Positions 9,759 through 20,051 of a stretch of 64,000 bases of DNA are shown here, in pieces. Position numbers and translations under genes: made by a program. The DNA is from an uncultured delta proteobacterium. Lineage in GTDB: Bacteria; Myxococcota; B64-G9. Under the pieces are notes generated by a model. The model saw nothing but the letters and a program-made list of their open reading frames with translations. It had not been told where the DNA came from and did no database searches. The stretch spans positions 224,001 through 288,000 of the forward strand of contig CAVWHX010000007.1 of assembly GCA_963754925.1 (NCBI GenBank), written 5' to 3'. Within the stretch, counting starts at the first letter, position 1. Each line of letters starts with the position of its first letter.

Positions 9759-9938
9759 ATGGCTACTATTTTAAATGGCATTGCTAGAGATTGTAGCGAG
9801 CGAAGCGAAGCTGAGCGAGGCACATTAAAGATTGTTGCCAAGCGAAGCGAGGCTTACCATCTCTTATCCTTTGGGCAATCTCTTGTCCTTTAGAGCTAGT
9901 TTTATTAAAATTTTCGAAACGTTGTCAAAAGGTAAAAA

Positions 9939-12005
9939 TTATTTTGTCCTCACTAAGCGAAAGCCTATACTGAAGTATCCGTAGCCCGGGAAGTCGTTAT
10001 TCACGTAGCCAACCTGAAGGCTATCGGCGTCATCGTACCAACTTCCGCCGCGTAACACGCGGTAGGAACCGCTATCCCCTGTGTACCAGTCAAAGCACCA
10101 CTCCCACACATTGCCGCTCATGTCATATATTCCAAGGGCATTGGCGGTTTTACCTTCCACCGGTTGGGTTGTTGTTGTGTTACCAGTTACTTCGTCAGTA
10201 CTGTCCCCAAACCATGCGACAGTATTGTCGGCATTAAAATCAGTATAATCCGCTGTCGCTCCGCTGGCATAATTACCCGGCGTCCAACTCGCTCCGTCTT
10301 CATACCGCGCCGCGCACTCCCATTCCATACTCCCCGTCAGTTGGAAACCATTGGCATCAGAATTAATATAAGGATTGTCCTCATGACCTGCAGTAGTATC
10401 AATAGCGCCATTATCCACGCTGCGGATAGGAGTGGTATAACCTGCATCGGCATAATACACCGGTATAAGCCCCGCCAACTCGCTGGCGGCATTACACCAC
10501 ACCATGGCATCCCGCCAGTTGATCTCGGTTACGGGGTCTTGGTTTGTACCTACCGGATCAGTAAGAGTAACGTCATCGCCACCCTGCCTACCTGGATTGG
10601 CAAAGGTATAGCCGTGTGACGCAGCCCAGGTGTATATGGCACCCCATAACTCATAGGTCACCTCGGTCTCACCAATCCAGAATGCGCTTATCGTCTGGCT
10701 GCCCCCTTGATCATCAGTGCCGGTAGGGAACGTACCACCCGGTACATACTTCATGTTGAAACTGACACCTGCTATGGTAGGGGGGCAGCAGCCGCCGCCA
10801 TTCGCACAGGTCGTGATGGATAACTGAGTGCAGGCGGCCTGACATGTGTCTGCGCCTGTAAGCGTCGAGGTGGTGCAGGAGTCAGGAGGCGTGCAGCTCG
10901 TCGGGCACGCGCCTGCTTGACCCGCGGCGATCGCGGTGTCGCAGGTCTCACCAGAATCCACCACGCCGTTGCCGCAGCAAGGCACGATTGGAGCATTGAC
11001 GCATGCTGCCGTGCAGGTATCGCCGTTTTGAAGCGTCGAGGTAGTGCAGGAGTCGGGAGGCGTGCAGCTCGTCGGGCACGCGCCTGTCTGACCTGCGGCT
11101 ATTGCCGTGTCGCAGGTCTCACCAGAATCCACCACGCCGTTGCCGCAGCAAGGCACGATTGGAGCATTGACGCATGCTGCCGTGCAGGTACCGCCGTTTT
11201 GAAGCGTCGAGGTAGTGCAGGAGTCGGGAGGCGTGCAGCTCGTCGGGCACGCGCCTGTCTGACCTGCGGCTATTGCCGTGTCACAAGTCTCACCAGAATC
11301 CACCACGCCGTTGCCGCAGCAAGGCACGATTGGAGCATTGACGCATGCTGCCGTGCAGGTACCGCCGTTTTGAAGCGTCGAGGTAGTGCAGGAGTCGGGA
11401 GGCGTGCAACTCGTCGGGCACGCGCCTGTCTGACCTGCGGCTATTGCCGTATCACAAGTCTCACCAGAATCCACCACGCCGTTGCCGCAGAGGTAGTGGT
11501 TGGGGCAATCGCTGTCATTGGCATTGGTGCAGCCGGACGGGCAGCAGGCGTCGCCGCTTACGCAAGCTGTAATCGGCGTGTTCCCGCACGCTGCCGTGCA
11601 GGTGCCGGCGTTCATTAGCGTCGATGGGTTACAGGGGTCAGTGGAGATCGGACAGCTTGTCGGGCACGCGCCTGTCTGACCCGCGGCTATTGCCGTGTCG
11701 CAGGTCTCACCGGCATTCACTACGCCGTTGCCGCAACAAAGCACGATTGGCGTGTTCACACATTGGGCCGTGCAGGTACCGCCGTTTTGAAGCGCCGAGG
11801 TGGTGCAGGAGTCGGGAGGCGTGCAGCTCGTCGGGCACGCGCCCACTTGACCTGCGGCGATTGCGGTGTCGCAGGTTTCAGCAGAATCCACCACGCCGTT
11901 GCCGCAGTTATTAGAACTACTGCTGCTTGAACCACATGCAGAAACAAGCGGCAGACTTATCAGTCCCAAAGCGATCATAGAACCAATGGTTAGTCCTTTA
12001 ATCAT
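9939..12005 (-). CDS. Lipoprotein with Cys-rich repeats (CGNGVVDSGETCD) and a C-terminal FGE-sulfatase/SUMF1 (CLec-fold) domain
   Basis: VSAC lipobox, 58-aa (174-bp) tandem repeats, and MEWECAAR, YDMSGNVWEWC and RGGSW...IGFR motifs. Confidence 0.9.
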   Translation of the reverse strand: MIKGLTIGSMIALGLISLPLVSACGSSSSSSNNCGNGVVDSAETCDTAIAAGQVGACPTSCTPPDSCTTSALQNGGTCTAQCVNTPIVLCCGNGVVNAGETCDTAIAAGQTGACPTSCPISTDPCNPSTLMNAGTCTAACGNTPITACVSGDACCPSGCTNANDSDCPNHYLCGNGVVDSGETCDTAIAAGQTGACPTSCTPPDSCTTSTLQNGGTCTAACVNAPIVPCCGNGVVDSGETCDTAIAAGQTGACPTSCTPPDSCTTSTLQNGGTCTAACVNAPIVPCCGNGVVDSGETCDTAIAAGQTGACPTSCTPPDSCTTSTLQNGDTCTAACVNAPIVPCCGNGVVDSGETCDTAIAAGQAGACPTSCTPPDSCTTSTLTGADTCQAACTQLSITTCANGGGCCPPTIAGVSFNMKYVPGGTFPTGTDDQGGSQTISAFWIGETEVTYELWGAIYTWAASHGYTFANPGRQGGDDVTLTDPVGTNQDPVTEINWRDAMVWCNAASELAGLIPVYYADAGYTTPIRSVDNGAIDTTAGHEDNPYINSDANGFQLTGSMEWECAARYEDGASWTPGNYASGATADYTDFNADNTVAWFGDSTDEVTGNTTTTQPVEGKTANALGIYDMSGNVWEWCFDWYTGDSGSYRVLRGGSWYDDADSLQVGYVNNDFPGYGYFSIGFRLVRTK

Positions 12006-12229
12006 GAAATTCCTCCACTACTGTCTCAACGTTGTTGTCGGACAGAGTAGTATAACCAGCTTAATCCAAAAGAGAATTGCAGTAACATGGTTTTATAGTA
12101 TTATTATACTTGCACCCTAGCAAAAACAAGAATGTATAGCTCAGCTTAATCCGTCCTGTACTTCTCAGTGAAAACCCTTCTCATCGGTAAAAGTCGGACA
12201 CAACACCAAAGAGAATTGGCTCTATTATT

Positions 12230-12288
12230 TTTGCTTGACTTAGTTGGACATCAAATTTTTTCTCTTGTATTCGTTTTGACGAGAGGCA
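12230..12288 (+). repeat. ~235-bp repeat, degenerate right end
   Basis: TTTTTTCTCTTGTATTCGTTTTGACGAGAGGCA matches the right terminus. Confidence 0.65.
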
Positions 12289-12335
12289 GTACCAGATACT
12301 TGACGAGATCCGCTGATTCAAGATCAACCACGCGT

Positions 12336-15300
12336 TCATTGGCAGTAATTGATCAGCACACTGATGTTGGCAGCGCCGTCGTTGGCGACGACGATGTCCG
12401 GCCTGCCATCGGCGTTGACGTCGCCCACGGCGAGGTACATCGGCTTTGAGCCAACTGGGTAGGTGACTTGGGCCTGGAATGTCCCATCCCCATTGCCGTT
12501 AAGGATACCCACGGTGTTGCTGCCCTCGTTGGCAACCGCGATGTCGGGTTTCCCATCCATGTTAAAGTCGGCAATTGCCACGGTCTGCGGGTTTGTCCCC
12601 ACCGGGGTGGTAGTCTGGGCCTTGAACGTGCCGTCGCCGTTGCCTAACAGAACCCCGACGTTGTTACTGCCATAGTTCGCGACGATGAGGTCCAGAATCC
12701 CATCGTGGTTCATATCGGCGATGGCTACCGAGTACGGCTGAGCACCAACGGTGTAGTTATTTGCCGCCGCAAACGCACCACCACCGGTCCCGAGGAGCAC
12801 GCTAACGGTCCCAGCAGTGATGTTGGTCACGACGATGTCTGGCTTCCCGTCGGAGTTGAGGTCTGCGGTGGCGAGACCCCACGATCCCGCGCCGCTAGCG
12901 TAAGCAATGGGACTCCCAAACGTGCCGTCGCCGTTGCCAAGCAGGACGTCGACCTGTCCGCTATTGACGTCGGGTCACCGCAAGATCGAGCTTGCCGTCA
13001 CGATTGAAATCTGCGGTGAAGATGAGTGAGGGGTTGGCGCCGGCCGCGAAGTCGGTGCTGGCACCCAGGCCCGTGCCCGTGTTCATGAGGATAGCTGCAT
13101 ATGCGGTCGCGGCCGCGACGTCGAGCTTGCCGTCATTGCTGAAGTCGCCCAGGGCGATACCGGAGGGGTAGCCGCCGGATCCGGTCGGATAGGAAGTCGG
13201 CGCCCCGAAGGTCCCATCGCCTGCGCCCAATAACGTCTGAATCTTGTCCGCGTTGCCATAGCCCACGACAACGTCGAGCTTGCCGCGCCCATACAGATCA
13301 CCCAGGACCAGAGCATCGACACCCGAGCCGGTGGCGTAGGTCACCTGGGGCTTGAAAAAACCATTGCAGGGTGGATTGCATGTACTCGCCACACACACCA
13401 TCGAGGATCCACAGACTAGCCCGCAGCCTCCGCAGTTGCTCGAATCGCTAGCGGTGTTAGTGCAGGCTCCCGAACAGAACGTCTGGCCAGCAGGGCAGAC
13501 ACACGAACCACCCGAGCAAACCTGGCCTGAGGGGCAAACCGTGCCGCAACCGCCGCAGTTCTGGTTGTCGGTGTTTGTGTTAGTGCATATGCCGCCGCAG
13601 TAACTCTCACTCGAGAGACAGCTGACGCTACACGTGCCACCCGAGCAGACCTGGCCCGAGGGGCAAACGGTGCCGCAGGCGCCGCAGTTATAAATATCGG
13701 TAAGAGGATTCGCGCAGGCATCTCCACAGACGGTCTGGCCTGCCGGACAGGTAGCGGAGCAGGTTCCGTTAACGCAGAGCCGCCCAGAGCTGCAAACATT
13801 CCCGCAGGTTCCGCAGTTGAGGGGGTCATGGTCAAGACTGGCGCAGAAGGGGCTAGTGCCGCTATTGCAAATCGTCGTGCCACCGCCGCAGCTCGTCTGG
13901 CAACTCCCGCTCGAGCAGACCGTGCCCGAGGGGCAGACGGTGCCGCAGGCGCCGCAGTTAACGTTGTCAGTGGCTAGGGAGCTGCAAACCCCGCTGCAGA
14001 GCTGCTCGCCGCTGCTACAGGTGATCGCGCAATGGCCGAGGCTGCACAGCTCGCCGGCCGGACAGACGGCGCCACAGGCGCCGCAGTTTGCAGGGTCATT
14101 CTCAAGGTTCGCGCAGACGGCTGTGGACCCTGTACCGCATACCGTGTAGCCGGCGCCGCAGCTGGCCGCACAGCCGCCGTTCGAGCAAAGCATCCCTGCC
14201 GCGCAGACGTGGCCGCAACCATCGCAGTTATAAATATCGGTAAGAGGATTCGCGCAGGCACCTCCACAGACGGTCTGGCCTGCCGGACAGGTAGCGGAGC
14301 AGGTTCCGTTAACGCAGAGCCGCCCAGAGCTGCAAACATTCCCGCAGGTTCCGCAGTTGAGGGGGTCATGGTCAAGACTGGCGCAGAAGGGGCTAGTGCC
14401 GCTATTGCAAATCGTCGTGCCACCGCCGCAGCTCGTCTGGCAACTCCCGCTCGAGCAGACCGTGCCCGAGGGGCAGACGGTGCCGCAGGCGCCGCAGTTA
14501 ACGTTGTCAGTGGCTAGGGAGCTGCAAACCCCGCTGCAGAGCTGCTCGCCGCTGCTACAGGTGATCGCGCAATGGCCGAGGCTGCACAGCTCGCCGGCCG
14601 GACAGACGGCGCCACAGGCGCCGCAGTTTGCAGGGTCATTCTCAAGGTTCGCGCAGACGGCCGTGGACCCTGTACCGCATACCGTGTAGTCGGCGCCACA
14701 GCTGGCCGCACAGCCGCCCGCCGAGCATAGGCTTCCGCTCGGGCAGACGGTACCGCACACTCCACAGTTGTTAAGATCGTCGAGCAGGCTGGTACAGATG
14801 GAGCCGCTCGACCCGCTCGTGCAAAGCGTCTGCGATGGAAAGCAGGTTGCGGCGCATTGACCACTTTGGCAGCTCTCACCTGCTGGGCACTGGACGCCGC
14901 AGGCGCCGCAGTTCTGGTTGTCGCTGACGGGCACGACGCAGAGCGTGCCGTTGTCGCACAACAGGGTCCCGCTGCTGCAACTCGTCGCGCAGGTTCCTGC
15001 CGAGCAAACCTGGCCGGCTGGGCATGTCGTGCCACAGCCGCCGCAATTCTGGTTGTCAGACAGCGGGTTCACGCAGGCCCCACCGCACAGGTCCGAGTCG
15101 ACCGGACAAACAATCGCGCAGGTTCCGGAGAGGCAACTGTTTCCGACATCGCAGGCGTGACCGCAGGCGCCGCAATTTGCCGGATCGCTGGCGGTCTTCG
15201 TACAGTAAGCATTTGCCCCGGTGCCGCACAGCTGGTAGCCCGTGTTGCAGCCCACGCCGCACAGCCCGAGCGAGCAGACCTGGCCCGAAGGGCAGGCTAT

Positions 15301-16014
15301 GCCGCAGGCGCCGCAGTTCTGGTTGTCGGTCGAGGTATCTGTACAAACGGTACCGCAATAGAGCTTGCCGGTCGCGCAGGCAGAGACGCAGGTCGAATTA
15401 CTACAGACCATGCCTGTGCCGCAGGTCGTGCCGCAGGCGCCGCAGTTCGAAGGATCGGCCGCGAGATCCACGCAGCCTCCTGAGCAAACCGAGAGGGGGC
15501 TCGCACAGGTGGTTTGGCACGTGCCGTTCGAGCAGACCTGGCCGGACGGGCACGAAATACCGCAGCTGCCGCAGTTCTGGTTGTCCGAGGCGGTGGCAAC
15601 GCAGCCTCCGTTGCATAGCGCACGGCCCGTGGCACAGGAGCCGCTGCACGTGCCCGCCTGGCAGGCGGTGCCGCCAGCACAGCTCTTGCCGCAGCCGCCA
15701 CAATTCTGGTTGTCAGATTTGGTGTCCACGCAATAGTTTCCGCACAGGAGCGAACCATTCGGGCAGACTGTGGTGCATATACCTGCGACACAGGCCTGGC
15801 CGGCTGCGCAGGTGATTCCACAGGCGCCGCAGTTGAATGGATCAGTGCTCAGAGTGGCGCACCGGTCGCTGCACATGGCCTGGGTTTTCGGACAGTTGAC
15901 TTGGGTTGAGGTCGTTACCTTGCTGCCGCAGCCGACCACAAGCGCACCGAAAACGAGCAGTCCCGTAAACATGGTGCGCACCGTCATTCTACCAAGTCTG
16001 TTTACGCTGGTCAT
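12336..16014 (-). CDS. Large lipoprotein with many Cys-rich (D/N-xxNCGACG) repeats and a C-terminal FG-GAP/VCBS region; split by a +1 frameshift near 12973
   Basis: ORFs 12961..16014 and 12336..12830 join if one C is removed (GTG ACC C GAC GTC reads DLAVT-DVNSGQVDVLLGNGDG). There is an internal duplication with 540-bp spacing. Confidence 0.85.
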
Positions 16015-16385
16015 ATCTGAATCCCCTTCTTCTGATTAGGGTCTAGACGCCTCAGAGTAATGATGATGGTCTGCAAGGAGCATGAATTAGGCTAGTGATA
16101 CGTGGTCCGATAGAATTAAGCAACGAGTCCTGCCACTGCCATTGACAGTTGCGGCTTCAATGATATTACTTTACCAGAAACTCTGCTCTTCGTCAAATCT
16201 CTTACATACTGAAAATGCATCGTTTTGTGGTTTTAAACAATTTCTTTTATAAAGCTGAGTTAAAAAAAGTGGCTCCCGGATCATTGGTTTTCATGTTGTC
16301 ATTTTTCCCTGATTTGTTTCGTTTTTCTCGATTTTGCTACAGGAAATTATATCACAACTGCTTGATTCTCAGGTGTTTCTGGTAT

Positions 16386-16438
16386 ATTCAGGGTCTCTTG
16401 GGTGCAAACCTGTGCAGGTTCGAGTCCTGTCTTCGGCA
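16386..16438 (+). tRNA. 3' fragment of tRNA-Leu(CAG) from the anticodon loop to the acceptor end; probable att scar
   Basis: ATTCAGGGTCT (CAG anticodon loop), long variable arm GGGTGCAAACCT, T-arm GCAGGTTCGAGTCCTGT and acceptor CTTCGGCA. The 5' half is absent. Confidence 0.75.
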
Positions 16439-16470
16439 TTGAGTTTGTTTGGCTACCTATGAGTCCCGGA

Positions 16471-17925
16471 CTACACGTACGGTGTCAGCAATCGCGCAAT
16501 GCCGTCGCGCAGGCGAGCGGGCAGTGAGCGGCCATCGATCTCCTCCAGCGTCACAGGACGGGCGCCGCTCCGTTTCGTCTCGACCCAGGTATCAAGCCGC
16601 TGCGCAAGTTCAACGTCGTAACATTCCACGTTGAACTCGAAGTTGAGGCGCAAGCTCCGGGGATCCCAATTGGCCGATCCCAGCAGCACCCAGCAGCCAT
16701 CCACCAGCATGAGTTTGGAGTGATCGAATGGAGGCGGGGTCAGCCATATCCGGCATCCATGCTGGAGCACTTGCCACCACATCGCCCGGGAGGCCCACAT
16801 GACGAAGGGCAGATTGTTCCGTTCGGGCAAAATGATATCAACCTGCACACCCCGCATTGCTGCCAGACTCAGGGCGGAGACCATGGCTGGGTCGGGCAGA
16901 AAATAGGGAGTTACGATCCGAACTGAATGCCGGGCAATCGACAGTGCTCCCAGAAGCGTCCAAAGAAGTTTCTCGAAATTCTCATCCGGGCCATCCACCA
17001 CCCCCCGCGCCAACACCTGCCCTGCGCTTTCGGTTTTAGGAAACCACGAATCACCGCGCAACGATTCGCCGGTCGTGAAAAGCCAATCATCGGCGAATAC
17101 TTCTTGCAGCTGGGTCACCACCGGGCCCTTCACTCGGAAATGGATGTCCTGCACCGGGTTTTTCGTTTGGCGCTGAAGGCAGTGTCCCACTCGAATATTC
17201 ACGCCACCGGTAAATCCCACGCGCCCATCCGCCACCAGTATCTTCCGATGTATGCGCATGTTGATTGACATCGCATGCCAAGGCGGGAGAAACCGTGCAT
17301 GCTTCACTCTCTCCCGTTGCAGCGTGTGAAGAATACTGGGCCAGGAATACCGAACCCCCGTCGCGTCAATCAGCACCCGCACTTCAACGCCCCGGCGCAC
17401 GGCCTCACCAAGCGCATGCGCAAAGCCCATCCCAACTTCGTCTCGATCGAAGATATAGGTCACGAAAGAGACTGTCTGGCGCGCATTTTGGATCGCCTCC
17501 AGCATAGCCGGATAGGCTTCATCTCCGTTCACCAACGGATCGATCCGATTGCCCAGCAGCAGGGGTCGCTCCACCACACCCCCAACGACCCGAGCCAGCA
17601 TCTTGAGATACCCTCCGTGATCCGGCAGATGGCGCTGTAACTCTTCCGGCAGACATTCGGGTTGCGCGGCTTCTGCCCGGTACCGCTCCAGGTTTTTTCG
17701 CAGCAGAGCGGCCTTATGGCGAATACGATTCACTCCAAAGATGAAGTACATGACAGCCCCGATTACGGGCACGAGCCAAACTAAACCCACCCACGCGATG
17801 GCGGCGCGCGAATCGCGCTTGTTGAGAACCACGTGTCCAGTTACCAACACAGAGAGAAGCAACCCAAGTCCGATGGCAGCGATATGCCAGAAGTCGTGCA
17901 CTAGATTAGCGACGGTCGCCGTCAT
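16471..17925 (-). CDS. cls: Cardiolipin synthase (PLD superfamily)
   Basis: Two HKD motifs (HRKILVAD, HSKLMLVD), N-terminal TM helices and GSANWDPRSLRLNFE. Confidence 0.92.
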   Translation of the reverse strand: MTATVANLVHDFWHIAAIGLGLLLSVLVTGHVVLNKRDSRAAIAWVGLVWLVPVIGAVMYFIFGVNRIRHKAALLRKNLERYRAEAAQPECLPEELQRHLPDHGGYLKMLARVVGGVVERPLLLGNRIDPLVNGDEAYPAMLEAIQNARQTVSFVTYIFDRDEVGMGFAHALGEAVRRGVEVRVLIDATGVRYSWPSILHTLQRERVKHARFLPPWHAMSINMRIHRKILVADGRVGFTGGVNIRVGHCLQRQTKNPVQDIHFRVKGPVVTQLQEVFADDWLFTTGESLRGDSWFPKTESAGQVLARGVVDGPDENFEKLLWTLLGALSIARHSVRIVTPYFLPDPAMVSALSLAAMRGVQVDIILPERNNLPFVMWASRAMWWQVLQHGCRIWLTPPPFDHSKLMLVDGCWVLLGSANWDPRSLRLNFEFNVECYDVELAQRLDTWVETKRSGARPVTLEEIDGRSLPARLRDGIARLLTPYV

Positions 17926-17965
17926 TGCGGTCTCTCCCTGAGATCAGTCCTCTTCGTCTTCATGG

Positions 17966-18203
17966 CACTTTTACTCAAAACTTGTCCATATAAAATATAG
18001 AGCATTTTTTCATGTCACCTGCACTACCTAACTCCACATTGAAATCTCGCCAGAAGTTTAACTCGCACCCCTATATCGCCATTACCTATTCAGTCTTCAA
18101 GCTCATCCTTTCCAACATACATGATTGTGAGTTGACCAATTTATACGCTTGTCGTGGTTTGGTTGAGTTGTTTTTTCTCTCGGAGTTGAATTGGGGAGGG
18201 TCA
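17966..18203 (+). repeat. ~235-bp intergenic repeat, full copy
   Basis: CAAAACTTGTCC...CATGTCACCTGCACTACCTAACTCCACATTGAAATCTCGCC...TTGGGGAGGGTCA. Confidence 0.9.
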
Positions 18204-18238
18204 GGTTCTAATTCCTCAGGCTACATTTGCAAGAAGCT

Positions 18239-18760
18239 CTACTTAGAGAAATATTTTCTTGTTTGTTGTCGATCGATTTCCTGGGGATTATATGAGGCTA
18301 AGATAGGTTGACACGCCTCGCCCACAAGTCGGACGCTGTGGTTGCCTAAGAAAGATACCTGGATGGTCTTGCAGTCACTTATGTATGTCACTTCCTCTGA
18401 ACGCATCTGAAAAAAGGCCGCCAATTCCTCTGCTTTGGCAGAGCTAGAATATTTTCGGCGCTCCTTTCCACTAAATCGTAGAAAATTGTAACGATTCCAA
18501 GCAAAAAACACTAAAAAGATTCCAAGAATAACGCTTCCATGGATTGCAAATAGCTGAAGGTTTTTAATACCTTCTAATTGGATCATCTGAACATATACAA
18601 GCTGTACACTAAACGCCCAAACAACCGTCAGTACCAGCGGGCGCAGTAAAAAGATCCAAAGCATCCACCCGCCGATCATGATCCCCGCTTCTGAAACTCG
18701 ACGTGTGGCAGAAAGCAAATTGGGTCGGTCAACAATGATACCGTTATCAAATTGCTCCAT
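18239..18760 (-). CDS. pgaD: PNAG biosynthesis protein PgaD
   Basis: Two TM helices, WNRYNFLRFSGKERRK motif, and position downstream of pgaC. Confidence 0.85.
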   Translation of the reverse strand: MEQFDNGIIVDRPNLLSATRRVSEAGIMIGGWMLWIFLLRPLVLTVVWAFSVQLVYVQMIQLEGIKNLQLFAIHGSVILGIFLVFFAWNRYNFLRFSGKERRKYSSSAKAEELAAFFQMRSEEVTYISDCKTIQVSFLGNHSVRLVGEACQPILASYNPQEIDRQQTRKYFSK

Positions 18761-18827
18761 TACTATCTCCTAGTAATTTTACGCCTGCCCCGAAAGGAGG
18801 GTTGATCAAGTGTTTTCTTGAACGTAT

Positions 18828-20051
18828 TTATAATCCTCTATCCGGGCTTTCCCATATCGCCAAGGCCGACCTCTTTTTGAAAATTGCCTTGGGAAGAGAA
18901 ATGATGGTTACAAGCCAATTTATCAACCAATAGATAGCTGGAAACCAGATGACCCAAACGATTAGACCTCGCAAGGTTTTATCGTATTGGGCATCAAGCC
19001 AAATTCCTACGCATAATTGCAATAAACATACACTAGCAAGGATTACACCGGTCCAGCCAGGCGTGATCGACCTGACGACATACGGAGGCGGAAGTTCAAC
19101 GAACAAATTAGTTAACCACAATGCCAAGGTTATCGAGAAGCAATAACACCATACCACGCTCGTAAGGTATTCAAGATACAATGGCCAGATTCTACGCTGT
19201 CGCCAATTGAAAACACATCTATAGTATTTCAGCAGCACTTCATTACCGCCCTGCGACCACCTCAAGCGCTGTCGGAAAATTCCCTTGAGCGTCTCGGGCA
19301 CCAATATCCAGCATAAGGCTCTGGGCTCGTATCGGACATCCCATCTTCGCAATTGTAGCTTCCAGCTAATATCAATATCCTCCGTGACCATGTTATTAGA
19401 CCAAAAACCAACATCGAGCAGGGCCTTTTTACGAAAAGCCGCAATCACCCCGGAGACGGTGAAGATCTTTCCCAGAACGCGTTGGGAGCGCTTGATCATG
19501 CCGATTATAGAGGAGAATTCGGTAGTTTGGATCTTTGCCAATATACTGGTTCGGTTGCGTACTTTCGGGTTTCCGGTTACGGCACCAACCCGAGGATGTT
19601 GAAAGTGCCACATCAGCCAAACGATAGCATTTGGGTCCAAAATGGCATCGGCATCAATGCAGACGAGGAATTCCCCTCGACTGGCGAGAGCTCCCATATT
19701 CAATCCGGTTCCCTTGCCTTGATTGCTGGAAAGCGTGATCACCCGCAACTGCGAGTTCTGTTGTTGCAATTTCTGAAGAATTCGAGCGGTGTTGTCCGTG
19801 CTCGCATCGTTTATTGCAATGATCTCATAATTCGGATACTGTTGCCACCTAAGTCGTGTGATGGTTTCCTCAATGCAATCTTCCTCGTTATGACAGGGGA
19901 TAATGATTGAAACCAATGGATACTCTGGTAACTCTGGTCGGGATTCCTGACGGCTTTTTCTAAAAGTCTTAAAAATTATCGATCCAAAGATCCACACAAA
20001 CGCCATAAGCAACGGGTATAAAAAAACAAAATCATATACAAGCGTCATCAT
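18828..20051 (-). CDS. pgaC: Poly-beta-1,6-GlcNAc synthase (GT2)
   Basis: INDASTD, IDAD, TEDID and QRLRW motifs, with a WESPDRG C-terminus. Confidence 0.95.
   Translation of the reverse strand: MMTLVYDFVFLYPLLMAFVWIFGSIIFKTFRKSRQESRPELPEYPLVSIIIPCHNEEDCIEETITRLRWQQYPNYEIIAINDASTDNTARILQKLQQQNSQLRVITLSSNQGKGTGLNMGALASRGEFLVCIDADAILDPNAIVWLMWHFQHPRVGAVTGNPKVRNRTSILAKIQTTEFSSIIGMIKRSQRVLGKIFTVSGVIAAFRKKALLDVGFWSNNMVTEDIDISWKLQLRRWDVRYEPRALCWILVPETLKGIFRQRLRWSQGGNEVLLKYYRCVFNWRQRRIWPLYLEYLTSVVWCYCFSITLALWLTNLFVELPPPYVVRSITPGWTGVILASVCLLQLCVGIWLDAQYDKTLRGLIVWVIWFPAIYWLINWLVTIISLPKAIFKKRSALAIWESPDRGL

Noticed and set aside
9939..12005. FGE proteins as true formylglycine-generating enzymes partnered with the sulfatase maturase at 55310
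   Set aside because: They lack the catalytic Cys pair after RGGSW, are surface lipoproteins, and no sulfatase is nearby.
13352..16039. Long antisense and alternate-frame ORFs over Cys-rich or GC-rich genes (also 44429..45187, 59064..60080, 61508..62467, 200..1138)
   Set aside because: Shadow ORFs of repetitive coding sequence with no independent motifs.
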